Source: Candidatus Latescibacterota bacterium (GTDB lineage: Bacteria; Latescibacterota; UBA2968; UBA8231). Taken from it: a DNA stretch of 64,000 bases. The notes beneath the pieces were generated by a model. The model searched no databases and was not told where the DNA came from. It was given only the letters and a program-made list of their open reading frames with translations. A program made the translations under genes and the position numbers. Location: assembly GCA_965243025.1 (NCBI GenBank), contig CBDETY010000003.1, positions 2,240,001 through 2,304,000 on the forward strand, given 5' to 3'. Each line of letters starts with the position of its first letter. Position 1 is the first letter of the stretch. Shown here one piece after another: positions 59,013 through 64,000 of this stretch.

Positions 59013-59699
59013 ATGGCAGATCGCAGGATAACCGGACTCTCCCCCGGCTTGCTGCTGGCGGCGCTGGCGCTTCTGGGCTGTCCGGGTTCGCCCTCCCGTA
59101 CGTCGACCCCCCCTTACCAGGCTCCCCTGCCGCCGCCAGGCACCCTGACCGAACGGGTTACCCACGGTTCGGGGTTGATCATCGAAGCAGGCAGCAATTA
59201 CGACCTCACAAGGGAGCTGGAGTTGATCGGGGCAGATTGGGAACTCGCCCAAGCTGGCGGGGCCGATGCCATGATGGTATACCTCGGGACCCGTGACAGC
59301 CGCTACATCTCCTCCCAGGTCACGGACATCCATCGCTTCATTCTGCCTCGGTTGAGCCGGAAGATCACACAATCCCCCCTGGGGTTGGAACCGTGGAACG
59401 GGGCTTTCCGCCTCTCGTTCAACGTCTGGTCGCTTTATTTCATGATCGAGACCGATCCCAGGGTGGAGCGGCCCCACCCCAGCTGCTGGATGGAGATCGG
59501 CGTTTCCCTTCACGAGACCGCCGGGGACAGTCTGCTCTTCCGGCAGCAACAACTGATCGTCAGGGAAAGGCATCCCGATCCGATCGGACCGGTAAGTAAA
59601 GAGACTCCCGCAGGCAGGTCGACGCTGGAGCCGGTGCACGAGAAGGCCGCACAGGCGATATTCGACGCCTTCAACGCGTACTGGTCTTCCAGGCCGTGA
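59013..59699 (+). CDS. Hypothetical lipoprotein (copy 2)
   Basis: Lipobox LLGC; paralog of copy 1. Confidence 0.75.
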   Translation: MADRRITGLSPGLLLAALALLGCPGSPSRTSTPPYQAPLPPPGTLTERVTHGSGLIIEAGSNYDLTRELELIGADWELAQAGGADAMMVYLGTRDSRYISSQVTDIHRFILPRLSRKITQSPLGLEPWNGAFRLSFNVWSLYFMIETDPRVERPHPSCWMEIGVSLHETAGDSLLFRQQQLIVRERHPDPIGPVSKETPAGRSTLEPVHEKAAQAIFDAFNAYWSSRP

Positions 59700-59725
59700 C
59701 GATCCTGTAGAACCCCCAGGTCACC

Positions 59726-60964
59726 ATGAACCGCGACCTCCGGACGGTCGGCGCGGCGCTGGCCGCCTCCCTCGCCCTGCACCTGATCCTCATCTCCGTC
59801 CGCCTCGCCGACAAGGAGGCGGAAGTCCGGCGTTTTCACATCCGCAAGTGGCCGGACCTGTTCTGGACGCCGCGATTCCAGGCCACCGACCCGGACCTTC
59901 CCGACCCCCTGATGGACAAGCTCGCGTCCCCGTCCCCTTCCCATCCCCGCACCCGTCTCGACCACTCCCCTTCCATCCTCCCGATACCGCGGATCTACCT
60001 GCCCGAAAGACTCGGCGAACCGGCGGGAACCGGGGCGCGGCCCGAGGAGTTCGTCGCCGGCGACCTCGGCCTGCCCACCCTGGAGGAGCTGGAGATGGCC
60101 GCGGCGCTCCGCAAGAGGAGGTGGGAGCGCTACGAGCGCTTCGCCTACCTGCCGCTGGCGCTGATCGACTCGACGACAGCGGGCCAGCGCATGGCGCGGC
60201 GGATCGTCATGAGGGCGGTCGGGGCGATGGGAGGAGTAGCCGCACTGGCGAGAATCACCCGGTTGCAGAAGCGGGTGTGGGTCGAGGCGCACGAGCACGT
60301 GGCCGGGCGCCGGACCATCCCCAAGAAGATGTTCCTCTACCCGGTGGAGACCTGGCACGCCTCCGGGCTCGACTCTCTCGACAAGCGTCCGGTCCCCATC
60401 GAGGTTTCGTACGACCTGGATCGCCCCAACGCCGAGTACCAGGTGTACAATCCCGCCAGGACTCTGGAGAAGTACGGCCGGCTGATTGCCTCCGTCTGGC
60501 ATTCCTGGCCGCTTATGCCGGATGAGGCGATGGAGCTCAGGCGCCGCGGACGGAAGACCCGATGGCACTTCCTTGATCGATTCCTGGGTGAGGGTATCGG
60601 GCTCGAGTACCTCGGCCGGGAACATCTGCAGCGGGACCGCAGCAGGAACGTTACCGGCCGCGCGAGGGTGGACGTCGTCGAGGTGAGGGACTACGAGTTC
60701 GGCACCTACCTGCAGGCGAGTTTCGACGTCGAGACCGGGTTGCTCGTCGCCACCCGGGAAGGACTGAACCCCGCCGAGGAAGACTGGTACCGCCCGCGGT
60801 TCCCGGGGGAACCTCCGGCCTGGACCACTGAGTACGGCGATTACCGGCCTGTGCAGGACGTGCTTATGCCCCACCGGATGGAGGCCTACGACGACTGGCC
60901 GCTCAGGGTCGTACTGAGGCTCGAAATCGCCGCGAACGACGATACTCTCCGCTCCCTGCCCTGA
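59726..60964 (+). CDS. Hypothetical membrane-anchored protein
   Basis: ALAASLALH TonB-like anchor, Pro-rich linker, C-terminal YGDYRPVQDVLMPHR. Confidence 0.65.
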   Translation: MNRDLRTVGAALAASLALHLILISVRLADKEAEVRRFHIRKWPDLFWTPRFQATDPDLPDPLMDKLASPSPSHPRTRLDHSPSILPIPRIYLPERLGEPAGTGARPEEFVAGDLGLPTLEELEMAAALRKRRWERYERFAYLPLALIDSTTAGQRMARRIVMRAVGAMGGVAALARITRLQKRVWVEAHEHVAGRRTIPKKMFLYPVETWHASGLDSLDKRPVPIEVSYDLDRPNAEYQVYNPARTLEKYGRLIASVWHSWPLMPDEAMELRRRGRKTRWHFLDRFLGEGIGLEYLGREHLQRDRSRNVTGRARVDVVEVRDYEFGTYLQASFDVETGLLVATREGLNPAEEDWYRPRFPGEPPAWTTEYGDYRPVQDVLMPHRMEAYDDWPLRVVLRLEIAANDDTLRSLP

Positions 60965-60996
60965 ATCCCCTCCCCTGGGACAGGCCTCCCGCAGGT

Positions 60997-61785
60997 TCAG
61001 CCATCCGGCCCGGCGGGCTCGAAACCCAGCTCGACCAGCTTCGATATCATCCGCCGGATGCGCGGGCGCCCGCTGTTCAGCATCGCCTCGGTCGGCCGCA
61101 CGCTCCACCGGGTCCTGTCGTGGACTTCCCTGACTTCTGCGACCTGGGCATCGGTCCGGGGGTTGGTGAAGAAGTTGACGGCGTGCTGGTGGCGGCCCGG
61201 CCTGCCGCCGAACGCCCCGTGCAGCACGGACTCGGTGAAGACGACGATGTCGCCCGGCTCCACCTCGAGGGGGACGTGGGGAATCTCCTCCTGGGCGAGC
61301 CCGAAGGGCCTGTAACCGGGGTCCATGCCGGTCCGACGCAGGGGCGCCATCGGGTCGGGGTTGCGCGGGATGTGCGTTCCGGGGACGACGCGCAGGCAGC
61401 CGCTGTCGCGGGTCAGGGTCTCGGGGTAGAACCCGATCTTGATCCAGCGCAGGCCGCTGGGAAAGGGATCCCCCGCATGCCACGCCGTGGGCTCGACGCG
61501 CAGCCTCCCCTCCGTCTGGTCGAGAACGAAGTCGGGGCCGCACAGATCGACCCCGATGTCGTAGATGCGGTCGTCGTCGAGCAGGCTGAACAAGAAAGGC
61601 CGCCGCTCGAAGAAAGGCTGGACGTACTCGGTCGTCTCTCCCGAAAACGGCTGCCCGCCCCGGTCCTCTTCGAAAACCTCCTCGGCCTCGCGCTTCAGGG
61701 TCGCCGCCTCCCCGGGGTCGAGGAGCCGGGGCAACAGGAGGAACCCGAAGGCTTCGAAGTGGGCTATCTGTTCGGGTGACAGCAT
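60997..61785 (-). CDS. Phytanoyl-CoA dioxygenase (PhyH) family protein
   Basis: Q..HFEAFGFL, WH, GCLRVVPGTH and PGDIVVF..LHG motifs. Confidence 0.85.
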   Translation of the reverse strand: MLSPEQIAHFEAFGFLLLPRLLDPGEAATLKREAEEVFEEDRGGQPFSGETTEYVQPFFERRPFLFSLLDDDRIYDIGVDLCGPDFVLDQTEGRLRVEPTAWHAGDPFPSGLRWIKIGFYPETLTRDSGCLRVVPGTHIPRNPDPMAPLRRTGMDPGYRPFGLAQEEIPHVPLEVEPGDIVVFTESVLHGAFGGRPGRHQHAVNFFTNPRTDAQVAEVREVHDRTRWSVRPTEAMLNSGRPRIRRMISKLVELGFEPAGPDG

Positions 61786-61887
61786 GTCGGCCTCTCCGGT
61801 TTCAGTGCAGTGCGGGTTTCCGCGTCAGTTCTCATGCAGCTGCATCCGGAGCCAGCCGGCGAGGAGCTCGCCTGCCGGCGCCCGAAC

Positions 61888-63465
61888 TCAGGGTACCGCA
61901 TGGCCCGCCATCACCCCCGTGCAGCGCTCCTCGTCGACGGCGATCTGCCCGTTGACCAGCACGAAGGGAATGCCCGCGGGATACTGCTTCGGGTCGTCGT
62001 AGGTCGCGGTGTCGATGACGCGGTCCGGATCGAACAGGACGACGTCGGCGAAGCAGCCTTTCTCCAGGCGCCCCCGCGAGCGGATACCGAACCGGCGCGC
62101 CGGGTTGTCGGTCATGCGCTGAATCATCTGTTCGAGGCTCAGGACCCCGAAGCGCCGCCGCAGGCGGCCGAGAAAGCGGGGGTAGGCTCCGTAACAACGC
62201 GGGTGGGGCATGCCCCCTGCAGGGGTTATGTCGCTGCAGGCCATGTAGTCGGGACGGGCGAGCAGCTCGAGCGAATCGCGGCTGACCTGCCTCCAGAGAC
62301 CGGTGTTCACCGGCGGCGCGGACAGGTAGCCGATCTTCAACTCCTCCTCCAGCAGCAGTTGGCACAGCGTCTCCCCCAGCGGCAGGCCGCGGCCCCCGGC
62401 GACATCGATCAGGCTCATTCCCTCGAGCCCGGGGTTCTTCGGCAGGCAGGTGAACACGACCTCGTCCAGGGGTTCGTACTCCTCCTCAAGGAAGCGGGCC
62501 ATGCGCGCACGCTGCGCCGGGTCCGCGAGCCGCTCGAGAATGGCGTCCGGCCCCCCTTCCTGGGCGAATCCCGGGAGGGAGGCCACGCTGATACTGCTGC
62601 CGGTGGGGTAGGGATAGATGTCGAAGCTGCTGTCGACCCCTTCGGCCTTCGCCCTGTCGATGGGCTCCAGAAGGGCTTCCACCTGTCCGGCGTTGCGGGC
62701 CGCTGTCCTGAAGTGGGCGAAGTGGACCTTGACGCCGGTTTCCCGGCCGACGTGAAGCGCCTCCTCGACGCCGTTCCCTCCCCGGGCGCGGTCGAGCTCG
62801 ACCAGTCTCGGCTCGACCACGTAGATCCTGCCGGCGTCGGCGACGGTGCGGCACAGGTCGACGAACTCGGCGGTGTCTCCCCAGGGACTGGGATAGTAGC
62901 TGGCCCCCGTCGAAAAGCCGACCGCCCCCTCCTCCAGGCCCTGGGCGATCATGCGCCTTGCCGCCCGGGCGTCGTCGCCCGTCAGCGGAACGTCGCGAAA
63001 CCCGAGGACCTCGAGACGGATGGCGCCGTGGGGAACGAGATAAGCCGTGTTGATGGCGACCCGGCGATGGTAGTGGCTGCGGAAAGCGGCGACCGAATCC
63101 ATCGCCAGGCCGGGGATCGGGTCGCCGAGCAGGCCGGCAAGCCAGCGCCGGTAGGTGAGGTGATTGGCCGCGGACAGGGGGGCGAAGGACATTCCGTCGA
63201 GACCCATGACCTCGGTGGTGATCCCCTGGCGCAGCCCGTTGGCGTGCTGCGGGTCGGCGAGCAGGTCCCCCTCGGAGTGGGTGTGGGTGTCGATGAAGCC
63301 GGGGGCCACCGCCAGGCCGCGGGCATCGATGGCGCGGGCCGCCTCGGCCCCGGCGAGGTCGCCGACCTCCTCGATGCGCTCGCCGAGGATGCCGACGTCG
63401 GCTTGCCGGCCGGGAGCCCCGGTCCCGTCGTACACGGTGCCGCCGCGGATTACGATGTCGAAAAT
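61888..63465 (-). CDS. N-acyl-D-amino-acid deacylase (D-aminoacylase), probable ATT start
   Basis: FDIVIRGGTVYDGTG, PGFIDTHTH and HPRCYGAYPRFLG motifs. Confidence 0.88.
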   Translation of the reverse strand: MFDIVIRGGTVYDGTGAPGRQADVGILGERIEEVGDLAGAEAARAIDARGLAVAPGFIDTHTHSEGDLLADPQHANGLRQGITTEVMGLDGMSFAPLSAANHLTYRRWLAGLLGDPIPGLAMDSVAAFRSHYHRRVAINTAYLVPHGAIRLEVLGFRDVPLTGDDARAARRMIAQGLEEGAVGFSTGASYYPSPWGDTAEFVDLCRTVADAGRIYVVEPRLVELDRARGGNGVEEALHVGRETGVKVHFAHFRTAARNAGQVEALLEPIDRAKAEGVDSSFDIYPYPTGSSISVASLPGFAQEGGPDAILERLADPAQRARMARFLEEEYEPLDEVVFTCLPKNPGLEGMSLIDVAGGRGLPLGETLCQLLLEEELKIGYLSAPPVNTGLWRQVSRDSLELLARPDYMACSDITPAGGMPHPRCYGAYPRFLGRLRRRFGVLSLEQMIQRMTDNPARRFGIRSRGRLEKGCFADVVLFDPDRVIDTATYDDPKQYPAGIPFVLVNGQIAVDEERCTGVMAGHAVP

Positions 63466-64000
63466 GATGCCCTCCCTCGAGGATCTCTACCGCCGGTTTT
63501 GAGCACTGGCAAGTCGGCAGGCTTCAGGATACGATCCTCTCGACCTCCCACTTGCCGTTCCCGGCCACCGCCCTCATCCCCCGCTGCTCGGGCTCCATGG
63601 CGGCGCAACTGCTCTTCAGTCAACACGGGATCTTCTTCCCCCATAGGTTTCCCGGGAACCGGGCGAACACGGGACCTTTCCGGAACAGGCGCAGCATGGC
63701 GCTTTGTCAGCCGACGATATTGCAATGCCCGCCTCCCGGCAATCTCCTTCGCAGGCGTGACTCGAGGAGGAAGTGAGGACACCGGCGATCGGAGCTGGAG
63801 GAACCCTCGGGGGAAATCGGAATCCGTTTCGTTCCCCCGCCGTCGCATTCCTGGAACACCCCTCCCGTACGCATGGCAGTCCGGGCCCCTCGGCGATCGG
63901 GTTCCGGCGGTCTATTTTTCCGGACCGGCTGTTGTGTCCCGAGCCGATAAACATTTTAAACCGGCCGACCGCGGATGAGCCTGGAAGGCTCCATGGCCGC

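Larger units (their letters stand above)
58035..59770 (+). repeat. Diverged ~860-bp tandem duplication
   Basis: 58035-58890 and 58897-59770 share the leader, the gene and the start of the next gene. Confidence 0.85.

Noticed and set aside
63490-64000. Possible riboswitch or ncRNA in the terminal intergenic region
   Set aside because: No known consensus recognised; context truncated by the window end

Overview
High-GC bacterial chromosome window, mostly minus-strand catabolic genes: BNR/sialidase-like, GH51, GHL10-like, Gfo/Idh/MocA, SDR, amidohydrolases, PhyH, a TonB receptor, and FG-GAP and ankyrin proteins. This mix resembles Latescibacterota/Gemmatimonadota/Poribacteria-type heterotrophs, but that is inference only. 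The main discovery is a visibly lower-GC 10.1 kb element bounded by an 11-bp direct repeat, TATTTCCAGTA (28335-28345 and 38467-38477), inserted in the first codons of an M14-family peptidase gene. Excision restores a Shine-Dalgarno-led MRIYWKYEELL start, while the integrated element supplies its own in-frame start. The element encodes a Cre-like tyrosine integrase and an HK97-type head/packaging module: TerL, HNH, major capsid, a double-domain prohead protease, connector, closure and portal. It has no recognisable tail, lysis, small terminase, primase/helicase or repressor gene, so it looks like a minimal capsid-forming (cf-PICI-like) satellite, with a palindrome-rich ~1 kb control region. Also present are two toxin-antitoxin loci, three tandem duplications and a probable ATT-initiated D-aminoacylase. 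All calls come from motif recognition by eye, without database searches.
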